A stretch of 64,000 nucleotides of DNA, filler included, from Asterionella formosa (lineage: Eukaryota), in assembly GCA_002256025.1 (NCBI GenBank). It is 16 parts of 16 records of this genome, joined end to end, with 100 filler letters (N's around TTAATTAATTAA, not from the genome) between each part and the next. Parts side by side here need not be neighbours in the genome. Positions count along the whole stretch, not along the records: positions 1 to 31,962 come from NKIB01000553.1; 15 more parts are not named here. The stretch is one strand, 5' to 3'. Of this stretch, positions 21,304-32,062 are shown piece after piece. The translations under genes were made by a program, and so were the position numbers. Numbering within the stretch: position 1 is the stretch's first letter; each line of letters starts with the position of its first letter. The notes under the pieces are model-generated. The model did not search any database, was not told where the DNA came from, and saw only the letters and a list, made by a program, of their open reading frames with translations.

Positions 21304-24018
21304 CACAGGAGTCGAAAAACACCCAATTTGGACTTCAAATTGGTATTTCGAGTGTTTTTCGATTTTTTCCCCGCCAAAATCCAAATCGGATTTTTCGGCA
21401 AAAAATAATAAGACATGGTTAACCTTAATGTAGATATTTATTTAGCAAAACAGAAATACCAATTTGGATCCAAATTGGTATCATAAAGTTATAACATTTT
21501 ATCTAGGTGCAATGGTTTTCATCATGTAATGCACAATATCAAACCTGCTGAAATATGTTAGGAAAATTTTGATATCATGACGTTAACAGTCATCTATCAC
21601 ATCTTAATTGACCTTCCTGCTCATTAATCTAGGTAAAATAACAGTACATGAAATAATGACAGCATAGACAGTGTCAGCATCACCTCCGATTTCCCTAATT
21701 GGCAAAATTGGTGGCATATGATGCAGAACATTGGCATAATCATCATAGCATGCAATAACTTGTTGACGAGGTTCTCCCAAAGCTGCACCTTCCAATGGCA
21801 TACCCTTTGCAGTCAACCATTTTTCATAATCAATTTTTGTCCATTTCCTTGTGTCTATTTCATTGGGTAGCTTGTACTTAGACATCTCTCCAAGAATGTT
21901 AAGGGGAGAATACAACCAACAACTTAGCCTTGCCAGTGCAATACAACTTAGCCTTGCCAGTGCAATATACCGTAAATCTCACCGATGTGACCACCTAACT
22001 TTCCACCTCCAAATGGGGCACACTTACACCAATCAAGCCCAAGAAGTCGAGCTGGTAACAAGTTCATTGCAGCATTTGCATACCGCAAAAAGCCGGCTTC
22101 CTTCCTCCTTCCCAAAATTCATTCTTGGTACATTATCCACATGATCTTTTCAATTCCAATGAACAACAAGTGCATCGGTACATACACAAATTTATTGAGA
22201 TTCACTCCTCGCATCCAAAAAGGTTGGGTAAACAATTTTTCGAACTTTTCAGGATTTTTTCATCATTTCGTCCATTAACACTTGGTGTCTCACACTACAA
22301 ATGTCTCAAATTAGAAGCACTCTCGACAACACCATCTACAATCACCAGCAAGTTGAGTCTATTCACCCGAAGATTGGCTTGTACAACATTAACACTCCAA
22401 CTTCCATTCAACACTTTGTCATTTGTTAAATCAATAGCAGCAATTAGGCACTCATACGTGATGAGCATAGGAGACAGTATTTAAGATTCAGGAAAAAATC
22501 GTATCATGAGGGAAATTTGGGGGATTTCAAAATCTAGCATGCTGTTACCACAGTTAATTTTTTTCCAACATGTGCAAACTTGACCGGGTTGCCTATTAAC
22601 TTGGTGGTCATTGGAGATGAGATTTGTGAGACACTCATTGCAGGCTGGCAATTTGTGGGCAACATTAGAAATATTTCCTGCATGTCTCCATCTCGCAGTG
22701 TATTTAATTTTCACCACGGCTCTTTGGCTGATCCATCAATAAAACAAATAGTTCTGCGTACGCGCACCCTCACCTTACTTTTCATTTCACCATGATCGAA
22801 CAATTTACCATCTGCGCTATTGGCCAAAATCTTCAAATCTGCAGCAAAGAGTTTTTCTATTTCTTCATGGGAAGAGGATGACCTCCCGACTGCAATTGGG
22901 TATGTACAGTCCACAGAATGAACTTTTTGATGGTGCTGTTATGGTGATTGTCTTTATACATGCTGAACCTCAATTGGCTTAGGTGGAATAGCTTGGTTCA
23001 AAACCATCTGATCATTCATGAAACCAAATACAAATGAGTGAGTGATCTTGATTTGCTGCATTCAATGAGGCAGCAGTAAGTTGTACCTTCTCATGCATTT
23101 CCCAGCCTCGTTGAGTGTGACTAGTATTGCGAAGAACAACAGGATTGTTTGTCTGTGATCTTGATAGCCAACCAACATCACAAGTATCAAGTTACAATCC
23201 ATGTGCAAGAACATCTGCAATGCAATCAATTACTTAAACATAAGCATGTTGATTGGTTTTTATATTTGAGGTCTGGGTAGATTAGGTAAAATTGAATGTT
23301 TCTCTTCAGTAAACAACCGGCGTATGTCTGTATATGAACTTGGTATTCTGCTGAACCAAGTATTACTTGTAGAAAATTCATCTGATGTGATGGAAAGCAT
23401 GCCTTCTCTGCTTACTCCTCATTCTTTAATAGGACCTTATGGTATCTTTTCATAACATCAGCAAACTGACATTGTTGATTTCTTGTCATGCCTCCCACAA
23501 AGGCGGCCAGATGCTCTTGGAATGTAACATCTTCTTTCAATAAATTCTCTGCCAGATAATCCATACCCAACTGTGACTGAGATACGATGTAAGCCATTTC
23601 TAACCCCTGCTCATTGATGTTCATTTTGGAAGTATTTGTGATTGTACAGAATCTACATAAATATATAAATGGCTCCGAGCAAAAACGATATATAGAACAA
23701 TTTTGCTCCCAATTTGGTGACACCGATTTGGCACTACCAATTTGGAGGTACCGATTGGGAGAAATATAGGTGACGTCACTGGATATGTCATCATAAGCAA
23801 CCTTTATGTGGAAATCTACGCCCCAGAAGTTGGAAAGGCTTGATACCAATTCGCTCGGTTCCAAATTGTAGCAATTGCTACCACTTGGAGAACATTCGCC
23901 TCGATTTGGCGCCAAATTGGGGTAAGAAGTTCCGGGTTCAAGCAAGCAAACTTCTGGGACGTCAAATTTATTTGCCCCCAATTCAGCTTTCCAAACTGGA
24001 TACTTTTTGGCTCCTATG
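21304..24018 (-). mobile_element. Defective CACTA/CMC-superfamily-like DNA transposon with TIRs and a degraded transposase
   Basis: Left end TA|CACAGGAGTCGAAAAACACCCAATTTGG matches the reverse complement of the right end TA|CATAGGAGCCAAAAAGTATCCAGTTTGG. CCAATTTGG/CCAAATTGG subterminal repeats at both ends. Minus-strand remnants TYPIAVG, LMDQPKSR and VPMHLLFIGIEK (cf. EnSpm-type D.MH...LG..K), with many stops. Confidence 0.65.
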
Positions 24019-25237
24019 TAGTTCTTTAGTATCCAAATGATCATTATCAATGTAGAGGGTCGGGTTCTCACATTTCTTTTTCATCAGACCTCGGCGTCCT
24101 TCCATTTCCATTGTTTTTAAAAGAATAACAATCATCAATCTTTAACTTTTGCAACCAATCTTGTCAAATAATTGCATCATAGAGTGCACTGGGGGGATCG
24201 TCAAGAACAAACATTTACCGTTTTCCAATTTCAGGGATCGCGTAAAGTCTGGAAAAATAATCTTTTGAAGCTTCACTGATGGGTTTTTCCTCGTTTCGCC
24301 ACTCAGCATTCTAGCCCGAAAATCTTCACACTTCCATCAATGTGCTAGCTATGCACTGCTTCATCCCTATGCTGTGATGCAACATAGGAATGTATCACAA
24401 AAAGTATCCTTGGTATTGTTAGCTTCTGCCACTTCCTCAGCCATAAAGTCCCAAGCTGAGAAAGCATGCTGCCCACGGAAGGTATTAAAATAAAAATTCA
24501 AATCACTCTGTTCGATCCAGCTCCAAATCCCTTGCTGCCTCCATGAAGTCATGAAAGCAGCAGGAGAAGCAACAACCTTCTCCACACTCCTCCTCTCAAG
24601 ATCATGAGTTGGAACATTCACCTTCTTCTTAGTCCCATCATCAAGTCATGTCATCACCAAATCTACCATTGTTAAATCATTCACCTCTAATGGTTTTATC
24701 AGAAGAAAAGTGAGTGCTTCTCCAACTGAATCCTTTGCTCACATCCTACTTTACCACTCATAGTAGGCAAAGAAAAGAACTTTGAACTTCTGTACTTTAT
24801 GATTTATTATCAGATCTGAATGCACAACCCTAAGGTAATGCAGCCTAAAATTAATTATAGTAAAGAAATTATGAGAAGCTCAAAATTCATTAAGACAAAG
24901 GTAAGCAAACCCTCATTGGATTAACAGCAACAAGAACTGCCTCGAGGTCCAAACTCCTGATTTATTTAGTCGAGTCAGTCGCAACAATTACAACTGGTAG
25001 ATTCTTGCATGATGATGGAAAAAGGCAGCAATTGTTGTTGTTCGCTATGTGCGTATGTGAAATCCATATACTGGTATACTACCGGTACATGGTGTACACA
25101 AAAACGAGTTCAAAGCAATCTCAGTCGAGGCGCAACAGAGCAATTCACCGACCCCATTCTTACTATTGCTTTACGTAGTAATAATTTAGAAATATAATAG
25201 TTTTGTCACCTCTAGACAAACTCTTTCTCGCCCTACC

Positions 25238-26435
25238 ATGCTCTCTACCCTCCAAAAGGCAATCGGCCGACGCTCTGTTGTTTCACTTGTTGGGCAGATA
25301 CGAGCGCTTTCCTTTCGACCACGAAGGCGAATGGACGACAGTTATCGTCCCTTGACACCGCGCAGCACCAAGAGAGCAAGTGGTCCGCTGCCAGAGGATC
25401 ATTTTCCGGACCCCTTTAAGACTGTTACTGACATTGGTGAGTATGAATCTGAAGATATCCTGGAGCGCAACTACGGTCCATTGGCCGCGGATGCCATAAA
25501 ATTGTATATACACGAAAAGAAAGAATTGGAGGTTGAAGATCAATTGAGGTTTGCGGATTTTTTGACCACCGAAAACGGAACGACGGAAGCCTTGGTCTTG
25601 AAGCGTAGGGCACTGGCATGGGGATCTTGGGATGAACAAGATCGAAAATCCTTCGAAAAGCAATTGGACGAGATAATTGAAGAAGAAAAGGTCAACATGA
25701 TGGGCCTTGGCCATTTAGATGACGACGACGAACCCGAGCCCAAAAAGGATGGAACGGAGAAGATCGAGTCCAACGAAGCCGAAGAGGAAATGGAGGAAGA
25801 AGATGAGTATGATAAGTTTGGAAAGCTTATTGACAAGGATCCAACGATTCTGGCCCACGGCGCTTGGTACGTAGTCCTTTTTTCGCAGTCGAGACCCTGC
25901 ACCGCCAGTATGCCTGCTGTCTTTTTGTACTCAATTATCACTCAGGTCGGAGCTTCTTGTCCGAATTGATCGGGTTCAAAAGGTTCAACGAGGAGGTACC
26001 CTGCTGCGATACAGAGCCCTCGTCGTTGGAGGCAACGCCAATGGTGTTGCCGGCTTTGGCGTTGCCAAAGGCCTCGATCCTAGTACTGTTTCAGCGTTGG
26101 CATCGAAAATGTCGAAACGAAATATTTTCTTTGTTGAGCGTCACTTGGGCAATGGATTAACTCGAGATCTTGTTGGTAGACACAACTCGTGCAAGGTAAC
26201 ATTGCGAGCCACATCAGCAGGAAGAGGGTTGCATGGACATCCACTTGTGCTGGAGATTCTCAAGAGAATCGGAATCAATGACTGTACCGCCAAGTCACAT
26301 GGAAACCGTAACCAGTTCAATGTGGTGAGAGCAACCTTCAAAGCATTACAGACGCACGAGAGCTTTGAGGAGATTGCGAGAAAGCGTGGTAGAAGATTTG
26401 TGAATTTGGAGCGAAACCAGCATTTGCAAATTTGA
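25238..26435 (+). CDS. MRPS5: Mitochondrial ribosomal protein uS5m; exons 25238-25866 and 25946-26435
   Basis: Intron 25867-25945 (GTACGT...CAG, 79 bp) restores W-SELLVRIDRVQKVQRGGTLLRYRALVVGGNANGVAGFGVAKG (S5 N-domain), followed by GRHNSCKV...GINDCTAKSHGNRNQFNVVRATFKAL (S5 C-domain). Arg/Ser-rich, acid-free N-terminus resembles a mitochondrial presequence. Confidence 0.9.
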
Positions 26436-26557
26436 GCACCTCGGTAGTGAGTGAGTAAATAATAAGGATGCACTTCGTTGGAAACAGTAGTAGGTAAGAT
26501 TGGATGGAAAAGTAAGAAAAAGCGATTCAATGACTCTGCCATGGTTCACAAGATATA

Positions 26558-26732
26558 TACATTTCGGTGGCTTGATCCCATCAATACGTCAAGCTCCCGG
26601 AAACAGGGAATACAAGTTTAATCATTTAGTAGTGCAATCTGGTATTTACATTTTGGTGGCTTGATCCCATCAATGCGTCAAGCTCCTGGAAACAGGGAAT
26701 ACAAGTTTAATCAGTTAGTAGTGCAATCTGGT
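26558..26732 (+). repeat. Tandem duplication, 2 x ~89 bp, downstream of uS5m
   Basis: tacatt(tc/tt)ggtggcttgatcccatcaat.cgtcaagctcc.ggaaacagggaatacaagtttaatca.ttagtagtgcaatctggt at 26558 and 26647. Confidence 0.95.
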
Positions 26733-27383
26733 TTAGTGTTTAATCTCAATATATATACAGAACTGCAAATTGAATTTCGCACATGTCTAGAAATGAAGGA
26801 TCTGCGAGGCCATGTTCCAGGATGGCTGGTTCCCACTTCCCAAGTACTGGATCTCCAGCCAACTCCCTCAGCTCTTGAGCACTGATAGCTTCCCATTGCA
26901 ACGCCAATACAACCAATGCACACATTATCCACCTTCGAGTGTGCTTTGGAGGCCAATACATCATTGGGAGGATCAACCACGTGAACAACTCTAGACAGGC
27001 TGGGATGATCACATTGTTGGGTGGCAATCGCAATTTGCTCTGCACAGTCCATTACGCAAAACCAACGGAAGCAAGTGGCAGAATAAGCAACAAAATAGAT
27101 TGGTCTCAATAATTTAGGTTAAATCAGATTAAAGCTAAAACTATATTGGAACAACAAGCCGGCCGGGTTGGATTAAACGAATATCAAGAAGAGACACATG
27201 TTTCAATTTGGAATTGGAATAAGTATTGCCGATACGAAGTCGTGCGTGGAACTAGAAATAGCAAAATTAACGCAACTTGCTGGTACCACCAAGTAGCTGC
27301 AAGTTGCGGTCATTTTCCTGAAACTGAAACGCGGCGTCAGCAGGCACTCGAACTAGACTCCTATGGTAATATTACTTCAACAT

Positions 27384-27536
27384 GAGGGGGGGGGGGGAGT
27401 TTACCCCCAAAAACAGTTAGGAGTGTGAAGATTCCTTTTTTNNNNNNNNNCCCCCCCTCCTCCCCCCCCCCCCCCTCCCCCCCCCCCCCCCCCCCCCGCC
27501 CCCCCCCCCCCGCCCCCCCCCCCCCCCGCTCCCCCC
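27384..27536. other. Poly-G/poly-C tracts around an intra-scaffold gap
   Basis: G run, 9 Ns, then ~85 nt that are almost all C; probably low-quality sequence. Confidence 0.7.
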
Positions 27537-29388
27537 AATCTCAGTTCTGAGTGTCAAGATTCCTTATTTCACTTATCTCCTCAATTTACATGCATTTATA
27601 CCATGTACAGAAGTGCAAAAGGCTGTGGTACATATGATAGGAACATACACAACAGGCATGTGATTGTTTTACACATATTTATGCAATGAATCGAACATTA
27701 GAAATTTCCCATTGATAAAATGATTTTTAATTTTTAATTTTCTACAACTGCTTACCTTTTTTTGGGTTCTTAGATAGAATACATGTATCACTAGCAAGTA
27801 GTGAAACAAATATTCATATAGCTTGGGCATTCATTGCAAAATAGCCAAAATAGAAAATCGGCAAGGCAAAATCATGGTGCTCAACCACAGCGTCTTGCCA
27901 GATCAAAACCCGAATTTTTTGTACATACCTGTTGTGCATTAAGTAGCTATTTGAGGATGTAGGTCACCCATGGGAACCAGCATAGGTTGGTATTTTTATG
28001 AAATAATTCTAACGCCCAATATATTTTTTGATTACAATTCTAGCCTCTCCTTCCAATCATCTTGAAAGGGAAGAGTGCAAGAGTCTAGTGATTGATTCGA
28101 CTAACCAGATCAGGGGTTTGGACCTTAAAGCGGTACTTATTGAAGTTCATCTAATAAGATTCATCTATTGGTTTATTGTTAACCTTTGTTTCAATGAATT
28201 TTGAGATTCTAATCATTTCTGTTTTACAATTAATTTTATCTTAGGGTTGTGCACTCCAGTACCAACCATCAGGTACCTGGTATACCATGTTACCTAGTAG
28301 TACCTGCCTGGTGTCATGATAATCAGGAGCACAAGCAAAGTTGCAGCAATTTTGCAAGCTGATTGCTAGGCATCTGAGCGGCTGTCAAATTCCAGTTTGC
28401 GTTATCTCCCAAAGTTGATGTCAAATATTATGAATAAAATTATGAATACATGATCAATTGCAAGACAACCAATTCGAACCAACTGTACTACAGCTGTACA
28501 AACATACTTCTTTAAGTTGACCAAATGTCCAGAGTTGTGTTCGAGCATCATTGCTGGAGCAATAGCTTTGGTCTGCTACTCAAGCCGAAGACGCCAGTCG
28601 AAATTATGCACATCCAGTGCCCACTTTTTTGCCTTCCACTCGCGAATATATGTTTATCAGGTCGCAATGATCCCATTGCAGTCCTGATGTTTCTTTGTGG
28701 TTCCTCAAACTCGTTTCTTCCTTTGGCTTTCTCCACTCCACTCCACCAGTGTATGAAGGCCTCCAAGTACAAGGAAACACATAAAACGAAACGTTTAGAG
28801 CCTCAAAGGTGCGTCTAGAAATTTAGCCTGCCTTTGATACTGGCGAGTGCTAAGCTAAAGCTTTGTTTTCTCTCATACTCAGATGTAGCTTTTGTCTACT
28901 CTTGTTAGGCCATTTCTTCTAGTCTAGTACAAATTACCATACTGTTCTATACTTTTTCCCGCATGTACAAGCATGAGGATTGAAGACAATGCATGTAAAT
29001 TCCCATGAATTCCTTCTCCTTTTCGAAAATGTGGTTGCTCAAAATTGTTTCAAAGAATCAATTTTAATGGGTAAAAATAGAATACACCCCTCGTCTCTTT
29101 GTTAACTCCCATTGTTACTTTTCAAGGAAAATTCGGGGATGATACAGCAAAAATCATTGACTTAAGCATTCAAGCTGATGTGCTCAAAGGTCATTGCAAC
29201 CATAAAGATGCAATGCATGTCATCTGCCAAGTATCAATATTCCAGTATGGTCGGAAGCATGGGGCTGCTCTAGTTCATTCTAATGCCATTTGATATGTCA
29301 AATCATTGGCAGCTTGTGAGGCAATGTATAAAATTAAACCATGACGAATTGCTAGGCAAAAAAGTGAGACTTGTGTTAGATGATGGCC

Positions 29389-30531
29389 TTATGTACCAGT
29401 AGCTGCCTTTTTTGCATTTATTTGATCATCATCATCATTCCCTTCATTTCGATCTCGCTTCATTCCTTCCCCATCTTCCAGGATTCTGTTGTTGTCACTC
29501 TTCATCAATACAATCCCATTCATGTGCAACCATGTCAATTTAAAGGTATCAATGCTATCCTGAGCTTGTATTAGACTTCGATCAATTTTTATCTGAATGC
29601 ACTCATTTGTATCACAAGCACCCATTGGCCAAGACAATATATTTGTAGTTTCGGGAATGTCAACTTCCTTGACCTTATCAATGAGGTCTCCCTGAAACAG
29701 TTTAAAGTCTGGCTTCGCCTTTGTCATCTTCTCTGGCATGGGAAAGCGTTCAATGTTAAACGGCTTGTAATTCAACCAAATGTTGACTAAAAAAGTGACA
29801 CGTCTATTTCGTCGAGTTTGCAGTTTCTTGAAAGATTCATCCAGTTCACTGGGTACCTTGATTTGTTGTTCCCACAATTGATCTTGCATCAACTCAATAG
29901 GCGCTGCATGAAGCAATCGCCCATCAAAGGACAGATGCTTACCAGTGCGTGGCCATGACACCACTGCCTTGGGTTTCTGGTCTGGTACCAACCAATCTCC
30001 TGTGACATTGTCTATTCGATAGTCGTCAATCACCATGGTTGGCGCGCCTAGGTTCGTGAGATAGGTAACTGTCGAGATATGAGGATGAACATATAGGTTG
30101 CCCCCAGCTAAAATCCTCAAGTCTTCGTCCTTGTCCCAATGAAAACTAACACTATTTTTCGAATTTTCGTCGTCATCCTTGACCAACAAGTCATAACGTC
30201 CCATGTTTGGTGGAGAAGGTCTAATCTGGACCCACCACTCGGCTCCAGATGTGGCAGGGTCATAGTTAGTTAGTCTCCTGGTATGATATTGAAAGATTTG
30301 CTGTGCGAGTTGTTCCATCCAACACTCCGATTCCTCGACGGCGGCAGGCATCCAAAATGTTCGAGGCATGAGGGCGCAGTCGGCAATTTCGGCATCGAAG
30401 AGCAAGTCGTCGAGGGTTGCGCAAGGAAGCGAGGATACGTTGGTTGAAATGGAGTTTGGAGCATAGTCCATCTTGCCCCATTCATCGCAGCGGGTCCGGC
30501 CGTGCTCGTCGAGAGAGAGAGAGATTTCCAT
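29389..30531 (-). CDS. Putative 2-oxoglutarate/Fe(II)-dependent dioxygenase-fold protein (380 aa)
   Basis: GAEWWVQ, HxD motif (FHWDKDE), HPHISTVTYL, distal His (FDGRLLHAA) and R(V)TFLVNIW, in the order expected for a double-stranded beta-helix 2OG oxygenase. Confidence 0.7.
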   Translation of the reverse strand: MEISLSLDEHGRTRCDEWGKMDYAPNSISTNVSSLPCATLDDLLFDAEIADCALMPRTFWMPAAVEESECWMEQLAQQIFQYHTRRLTNYDPATSGAEWWVQIRPSPPNMGRYDLLVKDDDENSKNSVSFHWDKDEDLRILAGGNLYVHPHISTVTYLTNLGAPTMVIDDYRIDNVTGDWLVPDQKPKAVVSWPRTGKHLSFDGRLLHAAPIELMQDQLWEQQIKVPSELDESFKKLQTRRNRRVTFLVNIWLNYKPFNIERFPMPEKMTKAKPDFKLFQGDLIDKVKEVDIPETTNILSWPMGACDTNECIQIKIDRSLIQAQDSIDTFKLTWLHMNGIVLMKSDNNRILEDGEGMKRDRNEGNDDDDQINAKKAATGT

Positions 30532-31380
30532 GCCAATGGGAGCAGACCGTGTACTAAATCAAGATTAATAAGACCCGGATGCCTACCGGTAGTGCTGTCG
30601 GGTGGATACACCTTTGTACTCCAGTATTAGTTAGGCAGGGACTATAAACGTTCACAGTTGACAGGTATCTGGTACTCAATACCCTGATAGCTGGTACCAG
30701 GTACCAGGTACCGGAAGTGTACGACTGCACAACGACAAACAACAGTACCCGGTATCTATCATAATAAGACACAGCATCCCCTCATCATAGTCTTGATTTC
30801 AGATTATCTGTGTGATGCATATTCTGATCTGTTGTGCTTCGAAATACCAAATTAATTTGTGCCAAAATTATAAATAAATAAATATATATATATATATATA
30901 TATGAATATATTATATCATCATTGCACTCTGATACTCGAATTGTTTTAGGGTCGTTCTTATCATTTTCGATTTGGTATCATTTTTTTTGAAAAAGTATCA
31001 TGTAACGGCTACTCGATTTAAACCGAAAAAATCCATTCTCCACAAAAATAAAAATGAAATTGTATCACCAAAAAGTATGACGAAAATTCAACGGTTACGG
31101 GCTGGCTACAATCATGTGCATATCCCTCCAGGCTTCCCTCCAGACTATTTCGATAATTTTCCAATACTAAAACCATGTAGGAAAACTACGCGTATTATGT
31201 AGCAGTATGGAATATATAGCTGACATATCTGCTTAATTCTTGATTTGCCATGAGTCAACACAGACAGGCAAGATCCTCTATACACTTCTTCTTACACTTC
31301 CGCTTGCCATCATCCCCTTTCAGGTTTACAAGCAATCAGCACCATGTCATCATTGTCAGTGCACAATGACGAACAAGTGG

Positions 31381-31962
31381 ATCAACATTGGACTGAAGAA
31401 GGTGCCGTGAACATCAATTAGTCGCCCCACGCTACATGACTGTGGAAACAATCCAGGAGCTTTTTATTCTGGACATTACATGACTTATGGTATCAATGTT
31501 CAGGCTATCTGTGATGTTGAGAGTAGATTTATATTTTTTGGGGTGATTGCTCCTGGACGATGCAGTGATCAAGTTGCATTTGAGAGAACTGCTCTACCCA
31601 ACAAAACTGCATTATTTGATTCTGGTTTTTATCTTGTTGGTGATGCAGCATATACATTGTCAGATGTCATGTTAGTTCCATTTGTTGGTTCTCAGCGTGA
31701 TGACCAAACACAAGATGCCTATAATTTCTTTCTTTCCCAGCTACGGATTAGGATAGAGATGGCATTTGGTTTGTTACAGACAAAATGGGCTGTTCTAAAA
31801 AGAAACTTAACAACTGGCTTGGAAACAACTGCAACCTGGAAGTGATGAGGCAGATGACATCCAGGAGATTTTAGCTGAAATCACCCCAGTCTACAATTCT
31901 CCACTTGGTTGGGGATATTTGCCAACGGTTGAGAAATTGGATGTAATGCCTGGTACTTCTGT
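31381..31962 (+). mobile_element. PIF/Harbinger (DDE_Tnp_4-type) transposase fragment
   Basis: FYSGHYMTYGINVQAICD...PGRCSD...LVGDAAY...YNFFLSQLRIRIEMAFGLLQTKW; truncated at both ends. Confidence 0.85.
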
Positions 31963-32062
31963 NNNNNNNNNNNNNNNNNNNNNNNNNNNNNNNNNNNNNN
32001 NNNNNNTTAATTAATTAANNNNNNNNNNNNNNNNNNNNNNNNNNNNNNNNNNNNNNNNNNNN
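31963..32062. other. Artificial contig linker N44-TTAATTAATTAA-N44; first of 15, the others start at 34101, 36239, 38377, 40515, 42653, 44790, 46927, 49064, 51200, 53336, 55471, 57605, 59739 and 61873
   Basis: Identical 100-bp spacers with stop codons in all six frames; intervening contigs are 2038 to 2034 bp in descending order. Confidence 0.98.

Noticed and set aside
23412..24071. 219-aa ORF as a real gene
   Set aside because: It reads through the TIR and subterminal repeats into the transposase relic, so it is chimeric
26746..27109. Minus-strand ORFs of 99 and 132 aa downstream of uS5m
   Set aside because: No recognisable motif or splice support; cannot be called from sequence alone
27384..27536. 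G-quadruplex or telomere-like G/C tract
   Set aside because: Abuts an assembly gap; homopolymer sequence there is unreliable
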